A stretch of 64,000 bases of DNA from Bacilli bacterium (GTDB lineage: Bacteria; Bacillota_I; Bacilli_A; RFN20; CAG-826): NCBI GenBank assembly GCA_041654095.1, contig JBAZED010000001.1, forward strand, positions 117,632 to 181,631, written 5' to 3'. A model generated the notes under the pieces. The model ran no database searches. It was not told the origin of the DNA and saw only the letters and a list, made by a program, of their open reading frames with translations. Positions 12,341 through 21,446 of this stretch are shown here, one piece after another. Within the stretch, counting starts at the first letter, position 1. Each line of letters starts with the position of its first letter. The translations under genes were made by a program, and so were the position numbers.

Positions 12341-12802
12341 TTAAGCATCTGGCGTTTTGGCCAGAAGGCGGACGCGCGCCGAGGCGTTCGAATTGTCATT
12401 GGCCCGAATCGTGAAAGTCTCCGTGCCTTCGTCGAGAAAAGTCGCCCGCCCGGTCTCTGCGTCAACACGAGCGATGAGGCTATTCGGATCAGTATAAAAA
12501 ATGACGCTTTGATTCGTGGTATTAAAAGGGAGAATCTCATAGATGATATCAACTGTCAGATCGACGACGTAAGCCAAAGTCAGCGTCGATCCTTCTTTTT
12601 CGGGATTTTTAATCTTATAGACATTAATGTCTTCGTCATAGTAGGTATCGTATAAATCATCGCCGATGCGAATGCCGGTGCACACGATTTCATGCGCGTA
12701 AATCGTGACATTATAAACTTCCGCACGCTTAAAGATGAGGCCGATGAGGATGATGGCGATCAAGGATAGCGAACTAATGATGAGAATGACTGATTTTTTC
12801 AT
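12341..12802 (-). CDS. N-terminally anchored small surface protein with Ig-like (Big_2-like) domain, 153 aa
   Basis: N-terminal TM/signal anchor (ILIISSLSLIAIILIGLIF) followed by a ~120-aa beta-rich domain; 2-nt gap to the upstream permease gene. Confidence 0.5.
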   Translation of the reverse strand: MKKSVILIISSLSLIAIILIGLIFKRAEVYNVTIYAHEIVCTGIRIGDDLYDTYYDEDINVYKIKNPEKEGSTLTLAYVVDLTVDIIYEILPFNTTNQSVIFYTDPNSLIARVDAETGRATFLDEGTETFTIRANDNSNASARVRLLAKTPDA

Positions 12803-12804
12803 TG

Positions 12805-14481
12805 TTAGTTTATCCGATCATAATAATACGCTTTTATTTTTTCGACGAAAAAGTAGATGGCCGCCCCGAAGAAGACCACGCCGATCAAGAGCAATTTCAA
12901 GAAGGCGAGGCTGAAACTCGTCTCAGGTATAAACTGTTCTTCGTTAAGAAAAGCAAAAGTGATAAAAGCGAATAAAAAAGCGGTCGCAAAGGCAAAGATC
13001 GTCGCTTTCGTCTCGTTGGGATTGTTAATTTGCTCGCCGACGGTCGCGTATTGCTCGTTCTGCGGATTCATCAAATCCATGAGGGCGCAGAAGAGGAGAT
13101 GGCCGACTTGAATGAAGGCCAAAGCAAAGCACAACAGAATAATATTGATGTGAATATAATGGACGTGCATGTTGAAAATTAAGAGCGAAACAGATAAGGA
13201 AGCAACCGATAAAACGATGTTTGGCAATAATTTGGCGATGAGCGGGAAGATGATTTTAACGGGTTTCGTCCGCTTCATGTAAGCGGTGCGCCCTTCCCTA
13301 GAATAGAGCGTGGCGATATAGCTATTTGAAGCCATGAGGGGCAACATGATAATCAAGACATTGAAGGCTTGGACCATGAATTCACCAACGAGGTACAAAT
13401 CCATGGAAGCAAAAATCCGGTTGATGAGCAAGACGACCAAAGGGATAGCGATGTAGGTGGCGATAAAATTGTAGGTGAATTCGCCGGAGCGGAAGAGCAG
13501 CTTTAACTCCTTGAGAGTAAAAGAGATGAAAGGCGGTAAGCGGCGGTTCATAAGCGCCTTGACTTTAAATTTCTTCTCATATTCGAAACTGGCAGCCGTC
13601 ATCTTGATGAAGATGAGGCGCGATAAGAAGTAGATGGACATAAAGAGGGTCGCCAAAATGCCGATGAGGCTGAAGAAGATGAGCCAGACATCGAGGTTGG
13701 CGTATGAGTAGCGCATCGCCGCATCATATTTTCCGACGACCATGACGACGACGTAATAGATGGGGGAGAAGACCTCTTGAAAAAACATCGTCACGTCCGA
13801 GAGCATTATTTTGAGCGGAACCCAGTAAAGGAGGACATTTATTTCGTTAGGTATCAATAAAATCAAGCGGGCGAGCAGGTAGACGCAACCCGCCAAAACA
13901 GCGATGAAAACGGCGATTTTGACGATGCGGTGGCGGTTTAAAAAGCGGAAAATAAAGAGCCCGGGAACGGATAGGACGACGCCGATGACGACCGGGATCA
14001 TCGAGACGAAGAAAAAGGCGATGAAGACCCAGATGTAGAAAAACCAGTTGACCGGAGACATCACGCCATAAGCGATGAAGATGGGCAGAGTAAAAGTCAC
14101 GTTCTTGTAAATTTCGTAGATGTAAAAGACGATGATTTTCGATAAGAAGATGCGGTTGGCGGAGATGGGATAAGTCACCAGGACTTGATTGTCTTCGGCC
14201 ATGTAGAGCGACTTGATGAGCTCCAGCGTGCAAGTGACGATTGAAATACCGAGTATGATCGTCATCAGCATCGTCATGACCGAGGTGGGAATGAAAGGAG
14301 AATTGTGGAAGATCTTCAAAAATGAAGAGAGGAATAAGATGCCAAACGCGATGGCAAAGACGAGCAGAAACCGCAAGATGAAAAAGACGATTTTGCGAAT
14401 TAGCTGCGGCCGATCTCTGATAAACCCTAAGTCGAGTTTATCCTTGAGCTGCATTATGACAAGCGTTTTGATATCTTTCAT
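12805..14481 (-). CDS. Polytopic membrane protein, probable ABC-2-type exporter permease (558 aa)
   Basis: At least 10 hydrophobic helices; lies immediately downstream (4 nt) of an ABC ATPase gene; no recognisable enzymatic motif. Confidence 0.65.
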   Translation of the reverse strand: MKDIKTLVIMQLKDKLDLGFIRDRPQLIRKIVFFILRFLLVFAIAFGILFLSSFLKIFHNSPFIPTSVMTMLMTIILGISIVTCTLELIKSLYMAEDNQVLVTYPISANRIFLSKIIVFYIYEIYKNVTFTLPIFIAYGVMSPVNWFFYIWVFIAFFFVSMIPVVIGVVLSVPGLFIFRFLNRHRIVKIAVFIAVLAGCVYLLARLILLIPNEINVLLYWVPLKIMLSDVTMFFQEVFSPIYYVVVMVVGKYDAAMRYSYANLDVWLIFFSLIGILATLFMSIYFLSRLIFIKMTAASFEYEKKFKVKALMNRRLPPFISFTLKELKLLFRSGEFTYNFIATYIAIPLVVLLINRIFASMDLYLVGEFMVQAFNVLIIMLPLMASNSYIATLYSREGRTAYMKRTKPVKIIFPLIAKLLPNIVLSVASLSVSLLIFNMHVHYIHINIILLCFALAFIQVGHLLFCALMDLMNPQNEQYATVGEQINNPNETKATIFAFATAFLFAFITFAFLNEEQFIPETSFSLAFLKLLLIGVVFFGAAIYFFVEKIKAYYYDRIN

Positions 14482-14485
14482 CGCT

Positions 14486-16705
14486 TTAGCCTTGCTTTGA
14501 TTCCTCGTTTACACTCGGAGTTGGTTCATCGTCGATAACGGCCGTCATCAAATAGTATTCCTCGAGCGTTCCTTGCTTGTGAACATCGTCAATCGTCATC
14601 GGTTCGTGGAGATGGCCTTTTTTAATGACGGCGATGCGCTGGCAGAGATTTTCGACGACATCGATGATGTGGCTCGAGAACATGACGATGTTGCCTTTGG
14701 CGGCGTGTTGCCGCATGCACTCTTTGACTTGGTAGATGCTGTCGGGGTCAAGGCCGGTCAGAGGTTCGTCGAGCAACCAGAGTTTGGGCTCGTGGATTAA
14801 CGCGGCGATGATTGTGACTTTCTGCTTCATGCCGTGCGAAAAAGTCTTGATTTGGCTGTCGAAAGAGTCTTCGAGATGGAAGAGGCTGACATAGTAGGGA
14901 ATCCGCTCTTGCCGCTCGTCATAAGTGACGCCGTAAATGTCGGCGATGTAATTGACGTACTCGCGAGCCGTCAACTTTTCGTACAAGGCATAGTGGTCGG
15001 GGACATAACCGATGAGGCGCTTGGCCATAACGGGTTGTTTTTCGACGTCATAACCGCAGATCGAGATCGAACCTTCGGTGATCGTCTGAATGCCGACGAT
15101 CGATTTGATGGTCGTCGACTTGCCGGCGCCGTTGGGTCCGAGGAAGCCGAAGATCTCTCCGCCGAAGACATTCAACGAAATATCCTTGACGGCGAAATCC
15201 TTGTTTTTTCCGTAGCGTTTGGAGAAGTTTTTCAGCTCCAACTTCACTCCTGTATTCAGTTCCATGGGTTCTTCGAGCCCCCTTCCGTTTAACGATGCTA
15301 ATAAAGCTATTTGATCGAGGCGCATTTTCTTTTGGCGAACGCGGAGGTCACCGAGCGAATCAGCTATGCTGAAACCGACGCTGTAGACGAACCACATCGC
15401 AAAGGAAACGCCGACGTAGACGAGTAAGAAGAGCGCTTGGTAGACCGGGTGAAAAGTAAATGATAAATCGCCGATCATAAAGCTGGAGGAGATGTTGAAG
15501 ATACTCTCGGCCCAGACCCCTAATTTGTCGACGATGAAGTCGCTGTTGATAAAGAAGAAGTCGACGGTCGCGTAATTGCTGAACCAGACATTGAGAATCA
15601 TAACCAATATAAAATAAGCCGAAAAGGCGATGAGCGAATAGTACATCTGCTTCATCTTCGGACGTGGGAATAAGCGTAAAGCGACAAGGAGCAAGGGCAT
15701 GAAAAAGGCCAGGGCGTGGTTGTACCAGAATTGGATGATGACCCAACTCGTCAAGTTCGTGGTTTCCGCATAGTTGGGCATCAGCATCGCCATCAGCGCA
15801 CCGAAAACGTTGATGAAATAAGTGAAGTAAAACAGCTTATCCAGTTTAAATATCAAGCAGATCGGAATGATGTACATGGCGGTATTGCAGAGGTGGATGG
15901 GCCATGTCCACGGCTCCAGGAAATTCCCATAGTAGAAAACGCGCGAAAAGGTGATCATCGTCGCGACGCTCAGATAGACCATGGCAAAGCGGATGATTTC
16001 ATCGTCCTTTTTCTTCAGCGCGAAATAGATGATGAAAGGGATGGTGATCGTCGCGTAGATGAAGAGGCGGTGGACGAAGGAGATATCGATTACTTCATAG
16101 CGGGCGTTCGCGCTTCCGAACATAATCTGCGGGCCGTAGATGGGAAGGCTGGCGAGAAAGATGGGGATGATTGCCAAGAGCAAATTGATGATCTCTGCCT
16201 TAGGCAGTTTGAAGGAGGCGTCCTCGCGCCAGACGATGAACAAACCATAGGCGATCAATCCGCTTTCGAGGGCGAACATAATCGTCGGAAGCGATAAGCC
16301 GAGAGTTCCGGCCGCGTTTCCGATTAGTTGCAGATAGACGCTGTAATATGAAAATCCAAGATAGAAAAGAAATCCGGGCGTGAAGACGAACTTGATGAGG
16401 TTAGCGAGCGTCTTGACTTTGAAAAAAGGATAGAGCATGAGCAAGACGGCTAAAGCAAGTTCAATCCAGATTCCGAAATATGCAAAGAAAGTGAGGGCCG
16501 GAGCAAAAGGGCCTCCAGCTAGGCTGATGATGCTGACAGCCTGATCGGAATACGAAAAATAGCGAACGGCGAAGACGGCAGCTAAAATGATCGCATAAAT
16601 TTTCGCGTATCTTTTCGTCTTGCGTGCGCGCGTTAACCAAAAAGTCAACAAAGCCCCGATGAGGGCTGCGCCAAGGGCGATGAGATGCGACAGGTAATGT
16701 GTCAA
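14486..16705 (-). CDS. ABC transporter ATP-binding protein fused to a large N-terminal polytopic membrane domain (739 aa)
   Basis: C-terminal ~250 aa carry Walker A GPNGAGKST, signature SHGMKQK, Walker B LWLLDEPLTGLD and an H-loop; N-terminal ~470 aa are membrane-embedded with a WPIHLCN motif reminiscent of the YwaF/TIGR02206 (TMEM164-like) family; TTG start with AGGA RBS. Confidence 0.85.
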   Translation of the reverse strand: MTHYLSHLIALGAALIGALLTFWLTRARKTKRYAKIYAIILAAVFAVRYFSYSDQAVSIISLAGGPFAPALTFFAYFGIWIELALAVLLMLYPFFKVKTLANLIKFVFTPGFLFYLGFSYYSVYLQLIGNAAGTLGLSLPTIMFALESGLIAYGLFIVWREDASFKLPKAEIINLLLAIIPIFLASLPIYGPQIMFGSANARYEVIDISFVHRLFIYATITIPFIIYFALKKKDDEIIRFAMVYLSVATMITFSRVFYYGNFLEPWTWPIHLCNTAMYIIPICLIFKLDKLFYFTYFINVFGALMAMLMPNYAETTNLTSWVIIQFWYNHALAFFMPLLLVALRLFPRPKMKQMYYSLIAFSAYFILVMILNVWFSNYATVDFFFINSDFIVDKLGVWAESIFNISSSFMIGDLSFTFHPVYQALFLLVYVGVSFAMWFVYSVGFSIADSLGDLRVRQKKMRLDQIALLASLNGRGLEEPMELNTGVKLELKNFSKRYGKNKDFAVKDISLNVFGGEIFGFLGPNGAGKSTTIKSIVGIQTITEGSISICGYDVEKQPVMAKRLIGYVPDHYALYEKLTAREYVNYIADIYGVTYDERQERIPYYVSLFHLEDSFDSQIKTFSHGMKQKVTIIAALIHEPKLWLLDEPLTGLDPDSIYQVKECMRQHAAKGNIVMFSSHIIDVVENLCQRIAVIKKGHLHEPMTIDDVHKQGTLEEYYLMTAVIDDEPTPSVNEESKQG

Positions 16706-16764
16706 TTTTTGTTCCTGATGAGATAAGTGACGGGCAAATAATGGGTCGGTCCGTATTCGGTAGC

Positions 16765-16793
16765 ATTATAGCACCGGAGGACCATTTTGTTAA
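16765..16793 (-). promoter_or_regulatory. sigma-A-like promoter of the ABC cluster
   Basis: On the minus strand TTAACA - 17 nt - TATAAT, about 55 nt upstream of the TTG start. Confidence 0.5.
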
Positions 16794-16796
16794 ATA

Positions 16797-16820
16797 TCAT
16801 AAAATGGATTTATAATCCAT
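16797..16820 (-). terminator. weak terminator hairpin after the MBL lipoprotein gene
   Basis: Palindrome ATGGATT-tat-AATCCAT spanning the stop codon, followed on the minus strand by a U-rich tract (UUUAUGAUAUUU). Confidence 0.35.
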
Positions 16821-18138
16821 GGCAGACCTGACCCCACGATGTGCTTTGAATATCGCTATATCGATCGGTCGTCGATCCGTAATTATTGGTTATGCTACCG
16901 CGATATGAAGTGCCTTCATAATTCGTCCGAAGCGGCGAGCCTTCCATATAGACTTTGCTGAGTCCGTCGGTCACGAAAGAAGTCGTCCCATTCACGAAAT
17001 TGAGATATATCTTCGGCACGGTGCGCTTGGCTCCTTTAGTTAAATATCGGTCGAGAGTTTGATAGTGCGGGTGACCGGCGCACACGCCGGTACTCCCCCC
17101 ATATGAAGTGTCGGCGAAAGGAGCGCCGGCCGAGATGGTTACGAGTTTCGGTTGCAGGACATTGAGCAAGACATTGTTGCTCGCCTTCGACGAGCCGTGA
17201 TGAGGAGCTTTCATCATCGTCACGGTATGGAAGACATCAGTGTTGGTCGCGTTGGTCTGAACCAGGCGCGTTTCACCAGAACCGCCCGTCCCCCCGTAAT
17301 AGCCGCTTGGATTGTCCTGCAAATCGCCCGAGAAGAAATAGGTGAAATTGCGGTATGAGAGAATTCCGGTCACACAAGTGACATTTAAATCATCGACTAC
17401 GGGTCCATCATTGTAATTGGTGGAATAATAGCCCGTATCGAGCCAATCGATGAAGACTTCGGAAGTGACATAAGTGCGTTTCATTCCGCCGTTTGTTCCA
17501 TTGACCATATCGTAAATGCGGTGATATTCGCTGTCTTGACCAACATAATAGTCGCGAATATTGGTGCGATAATTTTCTCCGCCATATTCGTAATAACCAT
17601 AATCGACGATCATGTCGATTGAAGAAACGGCCGCGCGCAGCGCCAAATACCCCCCATAGTGATCGCTATGAGGATGTGTCAAAATCAAGAGATCTAAGTG
17701 TCCATCATCGAGATAGGCATCATACGTGTTTTTTAATAGGTTGTAATAGGTCGATGAATCGCTAAAGGAAGAAGATGCGTAATTTCCAAAATCCATGACG
17801 ATGGTCGCATCGCCAACTTTGAACAGATATGCATCGCCAACCTCAATCGGTTGCTCGAAAACGACGATTTCCAAATAATCAAACGATGAGTTGGAGAGGG
17901 GGTGAGAGGCGCTTCCTAGGGGCGCTTGCGAATCATAGGTCGCGTTTTGCGCGTCGGTTTTGTCATCCGAACCAATTGCTACGCCGGTGTCAGCCATCGT
18001 CGCGATGCGCTCGGCGTATCCTTGATTCGTTTCGCTGCTCGATGAACCATCGGTGTTCGAACTGCTCGAATTATCGTGCGGGCCGCACGAAGACAAAACG
18101 AGCAGTAAAAGCAAGAGAAACAGCGGTATTCTTTTCAT
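16810..18138 (-). CDS. Surface lipoprotein with ComEC-type metallo-beta-lactamase (MBL) fold domain
   Basis: Lipobox LSSC|G with Ser-rich linker; motifs LILTHPHSDHYGG and APHHGS as in the ComEC/Rec2 C-terminal MBL nuclease domain; start overlaps the rnhC stop (ATGA). Confidence 0.78.
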   Translation of the reverse strand: MKRIPLFLLLLLLVLSSCGPHDNSSSSNTDGSSSSETNQGYAERIATMADTGVAIGSDDKTDAQNATYDSQAPLGSASHPLSNSSFDYLEIVVFEQPIEVGDAYLFKVGDATIVMDFGNYASSSFSDSSTYYNLLKNTYDAYLDDGHLDLLILTHPHSDHYGGYLALRAAVSSIDMIVDYGYYEYGGENYRTNIRDYYVGQDSEYHRIYDMVNGTNGGMKRTYVTSEVFIDWLDTGYYSTNYNDGPVVDDLNVTCVTGILSYRNFTYFFSGDLQDNPSGYYGGTGGSGETRLVQTNATNTDVFHTVTMMKAPHHGSSKASNNVLLNVLQPKLVTISAGAPFADTSYGGSTGVCAGHPHYQTLDRYLTKGAKRTVPKIYLNFVNGTTSFVTDGLSKVYMEGSPLRTNYEGTSYRGSITNNYGSTTDRYSDIQSTSWGQVCHGL

Positions 18139-19079
18139 TTGATATCATCCTTTAAGGCGATGCGAGTAAAATTCTTGAAATTACCCTTCGCGATTTTTAA
18201 AAGCTCTTCCCGTCCGTGTTTTTCGATAAATGACATGGCGAATTCGTCAACTTTATGCGAGGCTCCAAAAGGCAATGTGGTCTTGTATTTTTTACCGAGG
18301 AGCTCCATCTTCTTAAGAAATGAATAACGGGCGATGACGCTGGCGAGAGCGACGGATGGGAAGCGCGATTCGCCCTTCGTTTTAAAAGTGATGTCGCTGA
18401 CGATTTCGACATCGCGCGCAGCATAATTGAAATAACGGGATTCCGAGACGAACTTGTCGACATAGACATGTTTGACATCGGGGTGCCTCTTCAGCAAGTT
18501 GAGGAGGACGCGGTTGTGAAGACGGGCTTTAATTTCATTGAGATTGATGCCTTTATTAACTAATTCGTTATATTTCTCGTTGTTGAGACTGACTTGCGAG
18601 TAGGCGAATTTCTTGAGTAATTGCGAGGCGATGAATCGGATGTGTTCATCGGTCATCTTCTTCGAATCGGTAACACCGATTTTTTTAAGGTATGCGACAT
18701 CTTGTTTACGCACAAGAGCGGCGCAGACCGTGATCGGCCCGAGAAAATCGCCGGTCCCGACTTCGTCGCTGCCTATCTGGTCCTCGATGTCAAACCAACC
18801 CAGTGGTTCATCCTCTTTATCCTCGATATCGAACAGAGTGATGCCTGGGTCCCAACGCGAGGCTTCTTTGGTAAAATCGCCGCCGGCAAAGGTCACTTTT
18901 GCGTCCTTGCCTTTAGTATTTTGGTAGGCGGTAATCGTCGTTTTGCCGACTTTGGCGCGAAACAAAACATAATCGCCGTTATTTTCAATGAGATAGTGTT
19001 GATATGCTTGCTCTATTCTTGCGAGCAGTTGCGCGCTAACTTTAATCGTCACCATGTGATTAGTCATAATTTGCCTCAA
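18135..19079 (-). CDS. rnhC: Ribonuclease HIII
   Basis: 314 aa; N-terminal DUF3378-like region plus RNase HII/HIII catalytic core (DEVGTGDFLGP...). Confidence 0.88.
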   Translation of the reverse strand: MRQIMTNHMVTIKVSAQLLARIEQAYQHYLIENNGDYVLFRAKVGKTTITAYQNTKGKDAKVTFAGGDFTKEASRWDPGITLFDIEDKEDEPLGWFDIEDQIGSDEVGTGDFLGPITVCAALVRKQDVAYLKKIGVTDSKKMTDEHIRFIASQLLKKFAYSQVSLNNEKYNELVNKGINLNEIKARLHNRVLLNLLKRHPDVKHVYVDKFVSESRYFNYAARDVEIVSDITFKTKGESRFPSVALASVIARYSFLKKMELLGKKYKTTLPFGASHKVDEFAMSFIEKHGREELLKIAKGNFKNFTRIALKDDIK

Positions 19080-19139
19080 CTATTTTAGCACAAAAGCAAG
19101 GCTATCAAAAGCGACCATAATTTATGGTAAGATATTGTC

Positions 19140-21446
19140 ATGCCTGATATTTATGAAGTCCTCGAATTTATCGAAATCCGCCAAATGATTTCGACTTATG
19201 CCCAAAGCGACATCGGCCGTGAAAGCTCCCTTTCGCTTGAAATGCTCAACAAAGAGAATCTAGGTGGAGAGCTAGCCATTCTCGACGAGATGATGGTTCT
19301 GAATATTCGCTACGGACATCTGCCGATGATGAGTTCGAGCAATTTAACGAGAAAGGTTGAATACGCCCTCAAAGGCGGGACTTTGACCGCTGAAGATTTA
19401 GAAGCCGTCGCCCACGATGTCATCATCACGGCCAAGATAACGGAGTCCATTCGCAAGCGCGAAGAGAAATTTCCCCTGCTCAATAATAAAGTTCGCCTCT
19501 TTCAAACTTTGGAGCAGTTAGAGAAGAGCATACACCGCGTCGTCGGGCCGGACCTCGGCATCTTGAGCAGCGCCTCTTCGACACTTAATTCGATTCGCAA
19601 AAGCATCGCCGAGACCGAGCGCAAAATGAACCTTCGCTTTCAGTTGGCCATCGATTCGTTGCGCGATTACATGAACGAGCCGGTTGCGACGATTCGCAAC
19701 GGGCATTTCGTCCTGCCGATTAAAACAATTTTTAAAGGCAAAGTCAGCGGCGTCATCCACGACATTTCCGATACGGGGATGACGACCTTCATCGAACCCG
19801 ATTGGGCAGTGGAGTCAAACAACCAAATTTACATCTTAAAAATCGAGGAGCGCGAAGAGATTCAAAGGCTCTTAAAGGAGCTCAGTATTTTGGTGGCGCG
19901 GTTCAGCGCGGAAATACTGACGAATAACGCGTTGATCGGCTACCTGGATTTTCTTCAGTCGAAAGCTCTTTACGGGATGGCGACCGATGCCAAAATCGCG
20001 GAATTGAGCGAGCAGAGGACCATCGATATTAAGAAAGCGCGGCATCCTTTAATCGACCCAAAAGCCGTCGTCGCTAACGATTTTGTCTTCGACGAAAAAA
20101 CGCGTATCATCGTCATTAGCGGACCAAACGCCGGCGGCAAGACGGTCGCCATCAAAACGCTCGGTTTGATGATTATAATGAATCAATGCGGACTGGCTAT
20201 TCCAACCGCAAATCATGCAAAAGTATCATATTTTAGTCATATTTTTGCGGATATTGGCGATAGTCAGTCGCTGGCCAGCAATCTCTCGACCTTCTCCGGA
20301 CACATTAAAAACCTTGCCGAGATCGCCGATCAAGTCAGCGTTGAGGATCTCGTTTTGCTCGACGAAATTGGAACGGGAACCTCGCCTTTAGAAGGCGAAG
20401 CATTAGCGATTGCCTACCTCGATTATTTGCGCAGAGTCGGTTCCTTCGTCTTTTGCTCATCACACTATGACGGATTAAAAGACTATGCTTTGAATACCGA
20501 CTGCATCATCAATGCTTCCGTCCTCTTTGATGAGCAGAAAATGACTCCGACCTACGTCTTAAAACGCGGTGTTCCGGGTCGCAGTTACGGCCTCGAAATG
20601 GCCGATCGCTACAACCTTTCAAAGAGCATTATTAGCAGCGCAAATGATATCTTAAAAAAACAGGGTCACGACCAGAGTATCAGCGCTCTTGGAAACCTTC
20701 AAAAACTAATCTCTGAAAGCGAGGCTAAAACCCAACTTCTGGATGCCGAAATCAAGAAGGTTGCCAACCTCGAAAAGAGCCTGCTTGAACGCGAACAAAA
20801 ACTTGAAAATCAACGCCTCCACCTGCTCGAAGATGTCGAGGAATCAAAGCGCGAAACGATTGCCAAAACCGAGCTGGAAATCGAGGGCATTATGCAGGTG
20901 CTTAAAAACCCCAATCTGAAAATGCACGAGGTCATCGAGGCGAAGCGCAAACTCAAGGAATTAGACGATGATGAAGTCGAAATTTCGACAAGTGAAACTG
21001 GCGAAATCAGCGCCGGCGATTATGTCTCAATCATCGAAATGGGCATTTTAGGTCGCGTCGAACGCGTGAGCGGCGACAAGGTCTTCATCATCTCTTCCGA
21101 TGGACTGAAGTTCACCTCTTCTAAGAACCGAGTTCGCATTATCGACGCCCCGCGACATCAATCGGTGGAAAAACCTTTTACAGCTCCGAACATCACGAGC
21201 GATGTTAAATTAGAATTAAACGTCATCGGCCTCCATGTCGACGAAGCTTTAGAAGAGTTATCGCGATATCTCGACGGCGTCCGCCTAAAGCGCTTTTCAC
21301 AAGTGCGGATCATTCACGGCTTCGGCACGGGAGCGCTGAAAAGAGCAATTCACGAATATCTGAAAAAGTGCGATTTTATCGAAAGCTTTCGACCTGGTGA
21401 TCAGCACGAAGGGGCCGGGGGTGCCACGGTGGTGAAACTCAAATGA
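19140..21446 (+). CDS. mutS2: Endonuclease MutS2 (MutS domain plus C-terminal Smr)
   Basis: 768 aa; Walker A GPNAGGKT; C-terminal Smr (LNVIGLHVDEALE...HGFGTGALK). Confidence 0.92.
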   Translation: MPDIYEVLEFIEIRQMISTYAQSDIGRESSLSLEMLNKENLGGELAILDEMMVLNIRYGHLPMMSSSNLTRKVEYALKGGTLTAEDLEAVAHDVIITAKITESIRKREEKFPLLNNKVRLFQTLEQLEKSIHRVVGPDLGILSSASSTLNSIRKSIAETERKMNLRFQLAIDSLRDYMNEPVATIRNGHFVLPIKTIFKGKVSGVIHDISDTGMTTFIEPDWAVESNNQIYILKIEEREEIQRLLKELSILVARFSAEILTNNALIGYLDFLQSKALYGMATDAKIAELSEQRTIDIKKARHPLIDPKAVVANDFVFDEKTRIIVISGPNAGGKTVAIKTLGLMIIMNQCGLAIPTANHAKVSYFSHIFADIGDSQSLASNLSTFSGHIKNLAEIADQVSVEDLVLLDEIGTGTSPLEGEALAIAYLDYLRRVGSFVFCSSHYDGLKDYALNTDCIINASVLFDEQKMTPTYVLKRGVPGRSYGLEMADRYNLSKSIISSANDILKKQGHDQSISALGNLQKLISESEAKTQLLDAEIKKVANLEKSLLEREQKLENQRLHLLEDVEESKRETIAKTELEIEGIMQVLKNPNLKMHEVIEAKRKLKELDDDEVEISTSETGEISAGDYVSIIEMGILGRVERVSGDKVFIISSDGLKFTSSKNRVRIIDAPRHQSVEKPFTAPNITSDVKLELNVIGLHVDEALEELSRYLDGVRLKRFSQVRIIHGFGTGALKRAIHEYLKKCDFIESFRPGDQHEGAGGATVVKLK

